64,000 nt of DNA from Selaginella moellendorffii (lineage: Eukaryota; Plantae; Lycopodiophyta): contig NW_003314265.1 of NCBI RefSeq assembly GCF_000143415.4, positions 3,964,443 to 4,028,442 of the forward strand, in the 5' to 3' direction. Positions within the stretch are counted from its first letter, which is position 1. Every line of letters begins with the position of its first letter. Below, one piece after another: positions 27,501-40,085 of this stretch. The position numbers and the translations under genes were made by a program. The notes under the pieces were generated by a model, which had not been told where the DNA came from, ran no database searches, and worked only from the letters and a program-made list of their open reading frames with translations.

Positions 27501-30041
27501 GCATTTTGTTGAGTCGAGTTGACACTTGATACTCACATAAACTTTTGTAGTAATGACATGTGCATTGCTCATAGTGTTGCTCAATTGATGATCAAGTCAT
27601 TATGATACTTATATCATATTTATGTGATAATGAGCAATGTGTTTACGAAGTTGCTTGGTTAAACGATGATCAATCCCAAAGTGGAGACACTAGTCTACTT
27701 GCAAATAGTAACATTGAAGTAGCTTTGACTAAGTTCTCAATGGTCCATTATGCTAAGTTTAAGTTGGTTTCTTGTTCTTGAGGGTTTGCCCATAAAGTGT
27801 TAAAAAAGGTTATATCATTCACTTGCTATGGCTTGTTGATTGATCTGTTAGCACTTGGAGTAAATTGTTGGATGGAGATGGTGTGTAGTTGAGGCATTGA
27901 CATCACTAGCACTTGTGTTGGTGGAAGTGGCATTATTATTTCGAGTGATGAGGAATTCTCCTTAGACCTTGATTTTCCATGTCATTTTTCTTGTTAGTGT
28001 TTAGGTTTCACATTGGATTTTGAAGGTAATTGAAGAAAAGTGTTAGTGCAATGTGGCTAAAGATGTGGTCTTAGTGATTAAACCTTAGATGTTCATTTTG
28101 CATTTTGTGGATGTCGGTGTTAGATATCGGAAAATGGGCAAAGATGTTCTATACTTAGATATATTGTTGGGTCATGAAAATTTGTGTTAAAGTGAACTTA
28201 TGTGAAGTTGTTGGTAGGAGGAAATTGGTTGAGTCTTGAAAGTTTATATTCTTACACTAAGAGTCGTTCTTTCTCTGGGATGGAAAATTTTCCATAAATT
28301 TTTTTAAAATTTTCCAATGGCTGATCTGTTGGTCACTTTACTCAAAAATCATTCCATTTTCGTAAGCTAATACAAACTAGTACTTTGGTTAACTTAGACC
28401 TTAGTAGATAATTTGTATGATGCAACCCAAAAGAGATGTTAACCTTTGAAGCTAAGGCAATTGAGTTGGATAGAATCTAGAGTTTGTGTAGAAAAATGGC
28501 CATTGCGCTTTTCTAGAAAAGTGACCCTTGTGCCTTTTTTTTATAGCATTGTGCTTGGTGGCAAGTTGCACTTTATATTTTGTTACTCTATGAGAGTAGT
28601 GAGCTCTCACTGATCTTGACTTGGTCTTAGTGGCCCTGCGCCTTGGCTGAGGATGGTGATATCCAACCTAATTGTTTGAAGTTGAGATATTGGTACCCGT
28701 ACTGTAACTTTGTCTATGAGGAGGTTGTGTATCAATATGAGTCCATCTCATGGTCTTCACTTTAGTTTCGACTAAGTGTTGATCATGTATAGCTAGCATT
28801 TTTAAGGCATGCTCAGAACTAGTGGCTAAATGCATTAGTGAGCTTATTACAATTGAGTTGGATTCGAGTGGTCATTTAGTTTGTGCTTGTCCATGAACCT
28901 TAATTTCATACTTGAGGTATTACGTTCATGTTAGATGAGTATATGACTCAATGATATGAGTTTAGTGTCTGGGTCTTGTGAAGGCAAGTTGAAAAGTGAT
29001 TGTTAGTTGCTTTGTGATTAGTGATTGCTTGTAGACTTCATCAAGGATTGTTGACACTTGCTTTGCTCGATGATGATTTAGCAGTGATGGGCTTGCTTTA
29101 CCGGATGGTGTTGCGAAAGATCATGTCGTTAGACTTGCATGGTTTTTCCATGTTGGTATATTGACTCTACCTATGTTAATATCATTTGGTTACATTTAGT
29201 TTATGGTATTGGATTTCATTAAGTCTTGGATATGGTGAATCACTCCTTGATGATGTGTTATTTGTAACTGAGTATTATTGAAGAATTGGTCTCGGATATT
29301 AAATATAGTATCTTTGATTTTGGTTAGTTTAGTTGTTAAAGAGTTTTGAGTTGTGATTCACTCTTGCTTTCTTCTAGCTTTGTTATGATGTTGATGGCAT
29401 TGAAGTGATGTCTTGTCGTTGATATTATTAATGTTGAGATTTGAGTGAAATGAGATGTCTTTCCTTAGGATTAATATTAAGTTTCATTAGTCTTGATAAA
29501 GATAGTGTTGATGATTTGGCTATAGCTTTGTGTTGTTGGCATTCGTGCATTTGCTAGTTAGCAACTATATTAACGTTCAAATGAACTGAGTGGCAAGTTG
29601 AGTTAGTGATGTTTTAGACGAGATTGCTTAGTCAAGGTTGAGTTTTGAGCTTTTCCTTGAAGAGTAATTTAGTCCCAGACTATACTAACTTTACAAGAGG
29701 AGGAGTTAGTGATTAATATTGAAGTGATTGAATCCTTGTAGGATTTTAGTTGGGATATATCAATCATTGATGATTTCTCTTAGGCTTATTATGAAGTGAA
29801 TTATGTCTTGCTATAGATGGATTCATGGAGGATCATTTAATGATCACTTGTTGAGCATAGCTCCATTGTGCTTGACTTTTGGATTGATGCAAATATGCTC
29901 TTCATTAGCTTAAGCATTATAAAGTTTAGCTTATAGATGTGTTGAGGAAGATATTGTGGGTTGTACCATGATGTCTTTTTAGCATTAAAATTAGTTCATA
30001 CAAGACTCGTGATCATTGTTAGGCAAGACTTGGTTGTATAC

Positions 30042-33000
30042 TGTCGCGCATGTGACTTCGGGTATCGAAAGTTACCTGTCGACCAGTCCTTACGGACACT
30101 CTTACCTTACTGCCACGATGGTAGGAGGTCGGTATTGCTGGTTCCCTTTATCGGCCCCTCTTGTTCAAGTGTTAGTAAACTGGACTTTGCATCTGTACTT
30201 AGCCGGATGAGCATAAGGAAGGAATTCCTAAGTGTCTATTTAGCTGAGCATACTTGGCCCGGCTTGTTAGTTCTCTTTTGCTCTGTCTTGCATTGGCTTG
30301 ACAAGAACCCTCGCGTATTGAGATTGGTCCCTCAATATCGCTACATGATAGCTTACCGTGTCTGCCAAACACCCTCGCTATCATGCCCTTAGCGTTAGTC
30401 TCATTTCGGTCCTAAATGCTATTTATGGAAAGTGTCCAAATTTGCTCATTTGGCATATCTACGGAATGTAGAGATAGTCCTGAACACAATGGTGTTCGTC
30501 CCATGTCCAAATTCGCAATCTAAGGACATTCCATATTTAGTAAGTTTCGTGCTTGTCCTAGAGACTAACTCCTGATACTAAGGGAGGCTTGGGGTGAAAG
30601 CCCAAAGCGTGTGTTCCTCAAGGGGGGGGGGCTATGGGGGGTTCCAAATGTATAGTAGGGATAGTGGGTAGGTCGGGCATGGCCGACCAACCTGAGGCAT
30701 AGTCTAGCTCCCGCTTGCGTGCCTGTCCTTGTTCTGCGTCCGGCTTGGGTCTAAGCCCAAGTTCCATTCCATGCTAGTTGGTGGAGTACCCATGTCCTCG
30801 CATTAGACCACCGGTATGCCGAAATAGCACCAAACTCCGTTTGGCTCCGTTTTGCGTGCTAGTCCTGGCATTGGGATGCTGGTTGCTCCAGGACTGTTCC
30901 AAGTCGCTCCGGGCTCCTGTCCCTTCGCTCCTTGGGCTTTATGCTCGGGAGTTGCTCCGTGGTTCGGTTCCGTCACTCCTTGGCTCCATGCTTGGGAGTT
31001 TGGCACCGTTCCTTCGTTCAGTGGCCCAAGGCCCTGAACTTCGGGTTCCTATGGACACGTGGCATGTGACATGTGGCATCTGTCACGTGGCACAAAGAGG
31101 GTTTAGGTTCCGCTTCGTGGTGTTATCCTATGGTAAATCACCATAGGATAAAGAGTCAAAACCACGTGCGCTACATTTGGTATCAGAGGATGAGTCTCAG
31201 CGAGTACTATTCAATGAGATTGGGCAACTAGTCTCGTTGCATACGCAGAGATGAAAACGATGATCCGAGTGGGTACACGTTTGGTGCAAAGGGTTCACAT
31301 TCGTTCCTTGGGTATGGTTTTGGTTACCTTTTGTACCTAATAATGTGAGCTTGCTCTTGGGCTCACCAGAGGGATTGTTCCAATTTGCACGAGTTTGCGC
31401 TTGGGCTCGTGAGTGAGGCACATTAGCAACTCAAGATTAAATTTTGAGTTGGTAGGATTAATGTAGCCTATCGGTGGTTCCATAAGTTGTTCCATGTACC
31501 GTGGGTGAAAGTAAACCTTTCCCTGGGTTTGCTATGAGTGGCAAATAGGCTAGTCCATAGCTGTTTAGCATGGCACTAGTGGATCCTTCTTAGGCATGAT
31601 TACAAGTGGATCAATCAAGACTGTAGGGATTAGTCTATTGGTTCAAGTAGTTATAGCCGTGCCCTCTCATAAACTTTTCTTGGATTAGACTGAAGGCAGT
31701 ACAAAAGCAAGCTTGAGGTTTGGTCAAAGATGAGACTGAAAAGAGAGTCATCGGGGACGAAGGATCAAACACGTAAATCATTTTCTCTTCTTGGAGAGAT
31801 GATTTGCAACGAGGTGTTAACTCATTGCTCGTGTTCACATCATGCAATCAAGAGTCCCTACCTTGATGCATCTTGGAGATGATGGTCTTACAAATGGTGA
31901 GTTATGGGATGGATAGCGGTGAAATGCTATACCATTTTGTCTAGGCTTGCTATTGGAAGACTTGAGTTGCAATGCTCAATTCTTTTCCGGGAACCTTGCT
32001 ATTGCTCCTCGATTAGCTTGGTGTTGGACTAGTTTTGAGTTTGGTCAAATAGAGAGAGTGGCATGAGCTTGGCCATGTTGTGAACAAAAGTTAGTGGTGT
32101 TGGGTGTTGTAAGTCTCTATTGGTGGAGTGTGGCATCTATGTTGCATTTTGTCGAATTAAGTTGGCACTTGATACTCACATAAACTTTTGAAGTAATGAC
32201 ATTGGCATTGCTTGTGGTGTTGCTCAATTGATGATCAAGTCGTTGTGATTTCCATATCATGTCCATGTGATAATGAGCAATGTGTTTACGAAGTTGCTTG
32301 GTTAAATGATGATCAACCCCAAAGTGGTTGATGGTGAAGCTAGTCTACTTGCACGTAGTAGTATTGTAGTAGCTTTGACTGGATTCTCGATGGTGGTCCA
32401 TTATGCTAAGCTTAAGTTGGTTCCTTGTTTCCTTGAGGGTTTACCCATAAAGTGTTGGAAAGAGTTGTAGCATTCATTTGCTATAACTCATTAGTTGATC
32501 CGTTAACACTTGGAGTAGATTGTTGGATGGAGAAGGTGTGCAGTTGAGGCATTGACATCGCTAGCACTTGTGTTAGTGGAAGTGGCATTGTTACTTCGAG
32601 TGATAAGGAATTTTTCTTAGAGCTTGATTTTCCATGTCATTTTTCTTGCTAGTGTTTTAGCTTCACATTGGATCTTGAAAGTGGTTGAAGAAGAGTGTTA
32701 GTGCAATATGGATATCCGAAGATGTGGTCTTCGTGATCAAGCCTTGGATGTTCCATTTGCATTTTACGGATATCAGTGTTGGATGTCGAAAGAATGGGCA
32801 AAAAGATGTTCGAGGCTTAAGCATACTATGGGTCATGAGAATTTGTGTTGAGGTGAACCTATGTGAAGTTGTTAGTAGGAGGAAGTTGGTTGAGTCTTGA
32901 AAGTTTGCATTCCTGGACTGAGAGTCATTCTTTCTCTAGGATGGAAAATTTTCCACAAATTTTCTTAGACTTTTCCAATGGCTGATCTGTTATCACTTTG

Positions 33001-36000
33001 TCCGAAAACCATTCTGTTTTCGAAAGCCAATACAAACTAGTGAAGGGGTTGGAGTTGACTTTGGTTAGCTTAGACCTTAGTAGATAGTTTGTATGATGCG
33101 GCCCGAAAGGGATGCTAACTTTTGGGGCTAAGGCAATTGAGTTGAATAGAGTCTGGAGTTAATGTAGAAAAGTGGCCGTTGCACTTTTCTGGAAAGGTGA
33201 CCCTTGTGCCTTTCTTTTGTAGCGTTATGCTTGGTAGCAGGTTGCACTTTGCATTTCGTTAGACTCTATGAGAGTAGTGAGCTCTCACTGATCTTGACTT
33301 AGTCTTGGTGGCCCTGCGCCTTGGCTGAGGATGGTGATGTCCAACTTAGTTGTTTGAGTTTGAGATGTTAGTACCCATACTATAGCTTTGTCTATGAGGA
33401 GGTTGTGTACCGATATGAGTTCATCTCATGGTCTTCACTTTAGTTTCGGCTAAGTGTTGATCATGCATAGCTAGCCTCTTCAAAGCATGCTCAGAGCTAG
33501 TGGCTAAACGCATTGGTGAGCTTATCGTGGTTGAGTTGGATTTGAGTGGTCATTTGGTTTGTACTTGCCTATGAACTTTTATCTCATATCTAGGGTATTA
33601 CGTTCATGTTGGACAAGTATATAACTCGATGACGTGAGTTTAGTGTTTGGGTCTTGTGAAGGCAAGTTGAAAGAGTGATTGTTAGTTGCTTTGCGACTAG
33701 TGATTACTTGTAGACTTTGTCAAAGGCTTTTGACACTTGCTTCGCTTGATGATGATTTAGCAGTGATGGGCTTGCTTTACCAGATGGGGTTGCGGAGGAT
33801 CGTGTCGTTAGAGTTACATGGGTTTTCCATGTTGGCATGTCGACTCTATCTCTGTTGATATCATTTGGTTGCGTTTAGTTCATAGTGTTGGATTTCATGG
33901 AGTCTTGGATGTAGTGATTCACTCCTTGAAGAAGTGTTATCTATAACTGAGTTTTGCTAAAGGATTAGTCTCGGATACTGAGTAAAGTATCTCCGACTTT
34001 GGTTAGCTTGGTTGCTAGAGAGCTTTGAGTGGTGATACACTCGTGCTTTCTTCTAGCTTTGTTCTAGTGTTGGTGGCACTGAGGTGATGCCTTGTCGTTG
34101 ACATTGTTAATGTTGAGATTTCAGTGAAATGAGATGTCTCTCCGCAAGATTGATGTCGAGTTTCATTAGTCTTAATGAAGATAGTGTTGATGATTTGGCT
34201 ATGGCTTTGTGTTATTGGCATTCGTACATTTGCTAGTTCGCAACTATGTTGACGTTCAAATGAACTGAGTGGCAAGTTTGAGTTAGTTGTGTTCTAAACG
34301 AGGTTATTTAGTAGGGGTTGAGCTTCAGCTTTTCCTTGAAAAGTGATTTAGTCGTGGATAACACTAACTTTACAAGATGAAGAGTTAATGATTGATATTG
34401 GAATATTTGAATCCTTATTGGACTTGAGTTGGAATATATCGATCATTGATGATTCTTCTTGTGTTTGTTATGATGTGAGTTACGTCTTGCTATAGATGGA
34501 TTCATGGAGGATCGTTTGATGATCACTTGTTGAGCATAGCTTTGTTATGCTTAGCTTTTGGATTGATGCAGACATGCTCTTCATTAGCTTTGCATTCTGA
34601 AGTTTAGCTTATGGATGTGTTGAAGGGGATATTATGGATTATACCATGATTTTCTTCTTAGCATTGAAGTTAGTTCATGCGAGACTTGTGATCATTGCTA
34701 GGCATGACTTGGCTATAGACTTCTGTGAGCTTTTGGTTCTTTGAGTTTATGCTCATTGTTCCATTTGTTAGAAGTTGTTGGGGAATGCATTTTGGCTCAT
34801 TAGCTTCAATATTGAAGTTAGTATTTGCATATGGCAATCATTGGTGATGATTAACTATCATCTAGGATAGTTGATTATCCTTATCAAAAAGGCTTTGCTT
34901 GATTATTGTTGATATAGAATTATTTGCCATTCTTTGGGATGGTGGATTCTTTCTTCAATGATGATTCAGCATCTCTTTATTGATGGGATGATTGATGTTC
35001 TTTTATGATGGTTAGTTGTTCTCTTTGAAGGCTTTTGGCTTTTCGCAATACCACATGTTCTTTGTGGTTTGCTTTGGATTGGTCTCTTGGGTTTGAGACA
35101 TCGATGGGATGTTGCTGACACTTGCTAGAGCAACTCTAGTTCCTTGGTATTGTTGGCCGGGGTCTATTCAGATTGGCTAGTGTGATAGTTAGCATGAACG
35201 AGTGTTTGTTGGCCATGGAACATTCATTCTATTCTGTTGATTATTGCTTGAGTTCACTTTGATAGATTCGGATGTTATTTCCTTCGGGTGATACATTCGC
35301 GAGCATTTTGCTTGTTAGTCGATGATCCTTTATGTGTTATGAGTTATCTTTAGTAAGTTATTTGGCATATTGTCTGCCATCTTCGGTAGTTAAGTTTCAT
35401 CATTGAGTTTCCTTGATGATATACTAGCTATTGAATTTTGTTGGATGGTGCATTCTGTGTTTACCAATTTTAATGATCTTGGTGGTTCCTATACTATAAT
35501 ACTAGTTTATCGGATGATAACTTACTTGGAATACTTTTGTGTTCTAATCTAAGCTTTATTCACTGATAATTGAGTCTCTAAGATATCATTGTCTATGACT
35601 TTGATATTGTCCATCTATTGATCTTTGAGTTTGGGCCAGTAATAGGCAGACTGGCTTCGGCACTTCGTGTGCATGGTGAAATCTCTAGTCATGGGGTAGC
35701 TACTGTCGACTGGTCACATAACCCGCCTCTCTGTCGATGTTCCTTATTCCGTTACAAAGGGCGTGACCGTGTAAACAACTCTAACTGCCTGTTTACAGTA
35801 GTCTATCTAAATCTTACCGACGGGTTTGGTTTCTTTGCTCAGGAGGGTTGGGGCCTCTAGCTTCTCTCTCTATGTCCTTGCGGGCAGGGGCGTATCACAC
35901 TTTTGTAAGCTGGGTGACTCCCAAAGCAGCAAGGGTGGCTAACTCCGTTGGTCATTTCCTTGTCGGCGATGGCCGGAAGGTGTTTGAGCTGGTAGCGCAT

Positions 36001-37305
36001 CCGCGTTAGACAAAGAGGTTGCCTCCTAACTCATTTAAGTTGGTGCATTTCTCACATAGTGTGAATACCGTGAACTTTTTCTGGAGTTATTTCCTTGGCG
36101 GTATTCTAGACTCGAGTATGTATCGACGAGGACGTCGATCTTCCCTAGGGAGGGAGAGTGTCGCACATGTGACTTCGGGTATCGAAAGTTACCTGTCGAC
36201 CAGTCCTTACGGACACTCTTACCTTACTGCCACGATGGTAGGAGGTCGGTATTGCTGGTTCCCTTTATCGGCCCCTCTTGTTCAAGTGTTAGTAAACTGG
36301 ACTTTGCATCTGTACTTGGCCGGATGAGCATAAGGAAGGAATTCCTAAGTGTCTATTTAGCTGAGCATACTTGGCCCGGCTTGTTAGTTCTCTTTTGCTC
36401 TGTCTTGCACTGGCTTGACAAGAACCCTCGCGTATTGAGATTGGTCCCTCAATATCGCTACATGATAGCTTACCGTGTCTGCCAAACACCCTCGCTATCA
36501 TGCCCTTAGCGTTAGTCTCATTTCGGTCCTAAATGCTATTTATGGAAAGTGTCCAGATTTGCTCATTTGGCATATCTACGGAATGTAGAGATCGTCTTGA
36601 ACACAATGGTGTTCGTCCCATGTCCAAATTCGCAATCTAAGGACATTCCATATTTAGTAAGTTTCGTGCTTGTCCTAGAGACTAACTCCTGATACTAAGG
36701 GAGGCTTGGGGTGAAAGCCCAAAGCGTGTGTTCCTCAAGGGGGGGGGGCTATGGGGGGTTCCAAATGTATAGTAGGGATAGTGGGTAGGTCGGGCATGGC
36801 CGACCAACCTGAGGCATAGTCTAGCTCCCGCTTGCGTGCCTGTCCTTGTTCTGCGTCCGGCTTGGGTCTAAACCCAAGTTCCATTCCATGCTAGTTGGTG
36901 GAATACCCATGTCCTCGCGTTAGACCACCGGTATGCCGAAATAGCGCCAGACTCCGTTTGGCTCCGTTTTGCGTGCTGGTCCTGGCATTGGGATGCTGGT
37001 TGCTCCAGGACTGTTCCAAGTCGCTCCGGGCTCCTGTCCCTTCGCTCCTTGGGCTTTATGCTCGGGAGTTGCTCCGTGGTTCGGTTCTGTCACTCCTTGG
37101 CTCCATGCTTGGGAGTTTGGCACCGTTCCTTCGTTCAGTGGCCCAAGGCCCTGAACTTCAGGTTCCTATGGACACATGGCATGGACACGTGGCATGTGAC
37201 ACGTGGCATCTGTCACGTGGCACAAAGAGGGTTTAGGTTCCGCTTCGTGGTGTTATCCTATGGTAAATCACCATAGGATAAAGGGTCAAAACCACGTGCG
37301 CTACA
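30042..37305 (+). mobile_element. family B LTR element B2 (young, non-coding interior, nested in B1)
   Basis: Near-identical LTRs at 30042-31175 and 36159-37305 (TGTCGC...GCTACA). PBS at 31178-31188; PPT AGGGAGGGAGAG before 36159. TSD imperfect (TATAC vs T-TAC). No long ORF. Confidence 0.9.
31052..31151 (+). promoter_or_regulatory. G-box/ABRE-like cluster, telo-box and 12-bp-stem hairpin near the family B LTR 3' end
   Basis: Repeated CACGTGGC/CATGTGGC, AGGGTTTAGG, and TTATCCTATGGT-aaatc-ACCATAGGATAA at 31123-31151. Confidence 0.45.
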
Positions 37306-39643
37306 TTACTTCTTCAAGTTTTTGGTTCCTTGAGTTTTCATGTTTGTGGTTCATTTGTTAGAAGTTGTTGGGGAAGGCATTTTAACTCATTAGCTTCGAT
37401 GTTGAAGTTGGCTTTTGCATCTAGCAATCATTGGTGATGAATGACTATCATCTAGGATAGTTAATTATCTTTGTCAAAGGTTTTGCTTGATTATTGTTGA
37501 TCTAAAATGATTTGTTGTTCTTTGGGATGGTGAATTTTTTCTTTGACGATGATTATGCATCTCTTCATTAATGGGATGATTGATGATCTTTTATGATGGT
37601 TAGTTGTTCTCTTTGATAGCTTATGGCTTTTTGCAATACCACATGTTCTTTGTGGTTTGCTCTGGATTAGTCTCTTGGGTTGAAATATCAATAGGATGTT
37701 GCTGACACTTGCTTAGGCAACTTAAGTTCCTTGGTATTATTAACTGAGATTTATCCAAACTGGCTAGTGCAATGGTTGGCATGAATGCTATGTTTATTGG
37801 TCTTGCAACATTTATTCTGTTTTGTTGATCATTGTTTAAGTTAGTTCTAATAGATTTAGATGTTATTTCCTTCGGGTGATACATTCGTGAGCATTCTGTT
37901 TGCCAGTCGATGATACTTTGTGTTCTTTGAGTTATCTTTGGTAAGTTGTTTGGCATATTATTTACAATTTTTGATAGTTAAGTTTTCTCATTGAGTTTAT
38001 TTGATGATATACTTGCTATTGAATTTTGTTAGATAGTGAATCCTATCTTTTCCAATCATGCTAATCTTGGTGATTCATATACTATACTAATAGTTTATCA
38101 GATGATAACTTACTTAGAATACTTTTGTGTTCTAATCTAAGATTTATTCACTGATCATTAAGTCTCTCAGATATCACTGTCTATGACTTTGATATTGTCC
38201 ATCTATTAATCTTTGAGTTTGGGCCAATATAGGCAGACTAGCTTCGGCACTTCGTGTGCATGGTGAAATCTCTAGTCATGGGGTAGCTACTGTCGATTGG
38301 TCCTATTACCCACCTCTCTGTCAATGTTCCTTATTCCATTAAAAGGGTGTGACCATATAAACAACTCTAACTGCCTGTTTACAGTAGTTTATCTAAACCT
38401 TACCGACGGGTTTGGTTTCTTTGCTCATGAGGGTTGGGGCCTCTGGCTTCTCTCTCTATGTAGGTAGGGGCATATCACACTTTTGTAAGCTGGGTGACAC
38501 CTAGAGTAGCAAGGGTGGCTGACTCTGTTGGTCATTTCCTTGTCGGCGACGGCCGGAAGGTGTTTGAGTTGGAAGAGCATCCATGTTAGACAAAGAAGTT
38601 ACTTCCTAACTTATTTAAGTTAGTGCATTTCTCACATAGTGTGAATACCGTGAACTTTTTCTGGAGTTGTTTCCTTAGCAGTATTCTAGACTGGAGTATG
38701 CATCGACGAGGATGTCGATCTTCCCTAGAGGGGGAGAGTGTCGTGAATGTGACTTCGGGTATCGAAAGTTACTTGTCGGCTAGTCCTTACAGACACTCTT
38801 TCCTTACTGCCATGATGGCAAGAGATTGGTATTGCTAAACCCTTTATCAGTCCCTCTTGTGCTAGTGGAGTTAATTAGGCATTTCGAGTGTACTTAGACT
38901 GGACGAGCATAAGGACAGAATTCCTACGTGTTATTAGCTAAGCATACTTAGCCTGGTAAAGAGTTCCCGTCTCATTATATCTTGCACTTTCTAATGACAA
39001 GAACCCTCGTGTATTGAGATTAGTCCCTCAATATTGCTGGATGATAGCTTACCGTATTTGCTAAACACCCTCGTTATCATGCCCTTTGTGTTAGTCTCAT
39101 TTCGATCCCAAATGCTATTTATGGAAAGTGTCTAGATTTGCTCATTTGGCATATTTACGGAATGTAGAGATTGTCCTGAACACAATGGTGTTTGTTTGGG
39201 CTGTATGCTTAGGAGTTGCTCTGTGGTCTAGTTCCGTCACTCCTTGGCTCCATGCTTGGGAGTTTGGTACCGTTCTTTCATTTAGTGGCCCAAGGCTTTG
39301 AAACTTGGGTTCCACACCATGGTCCTTTGGACACGTGGCATATGACACGTGGCATCTATCATATGGCACAAAGAGGGTTTAGGTTCCACTTTGTGGTTAC
39401 CCTATAGTAAATCACTATAGGATAAAAGGTCAAAACCACGTGTGCTACACCATGTCATTACTTCAAAGGTTTATATGAGTATCAAGTGCCAACTCAATTT
39501 GACAAAATGTAACATAAATACCACACTCCACCGATAAAGATTTATGACACTTAACACCACTAACTTTTATTTATAACATGGACAAGCTCATGCAACTCTC
39601 TTTCTAACCAAACTCAAAATTAATCCAACACCAAGCTACTCAA

Positions 39644-39667
39644 AAGCTCTATTTCGTTAAAGTGGGA
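39644..39667. repeat. left TIR of transposon copy 2
   Basis: Exact reverse complement of 60986-61009 and 4457-4480. Confidence 0.92.
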
Positions 39668-40085
39668 ATTGTCATTATCCCACTTGTAAAATAAGGTTTC
39701 CAAACCTTTATATAGTATATAAATATAACAAAATTCAACTGCATTGAGGCACATGCCATTTTATTTTAAACAAGGAAATGTCTACTCAATCACTTCTCCT
39801 CCCCCTGCCACTGCTTCACCTCTCTCTTCTCCTTGTCATCGTCGTCCAATTTCTTTCCATCCTTTTAATATTGGCTCAGTTGCTCCGAGTCTAGGTGGAG
39901 CCCAAGTCCCCATTCAATCTTTACTTTCCCCTTATTAATAAAACAACTTCGTAGACTTCCAATAACATGCTGTAACACTTCTAGTATAATACAAATCCTC
40001 TCAAAGAATTGTCTTTTAATATTAATACAATGGCATGGAACCCCATGCCATAATAAGTTACATTTTTAAATAAATACATGCCATC

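Larger units (their letters stand above)
25900..39449 (+). mobile_element. family B LTR element B1 (both LTRs partly deleted)
   Basis: Truncated 5' LTR ~25900-26509 ending GCGCTACA; PBS TGGTATCAGAG at 26512-26522; PPT then 3' LTR at 38739-39449. Interrupted by B2. Confidence 0.8.
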
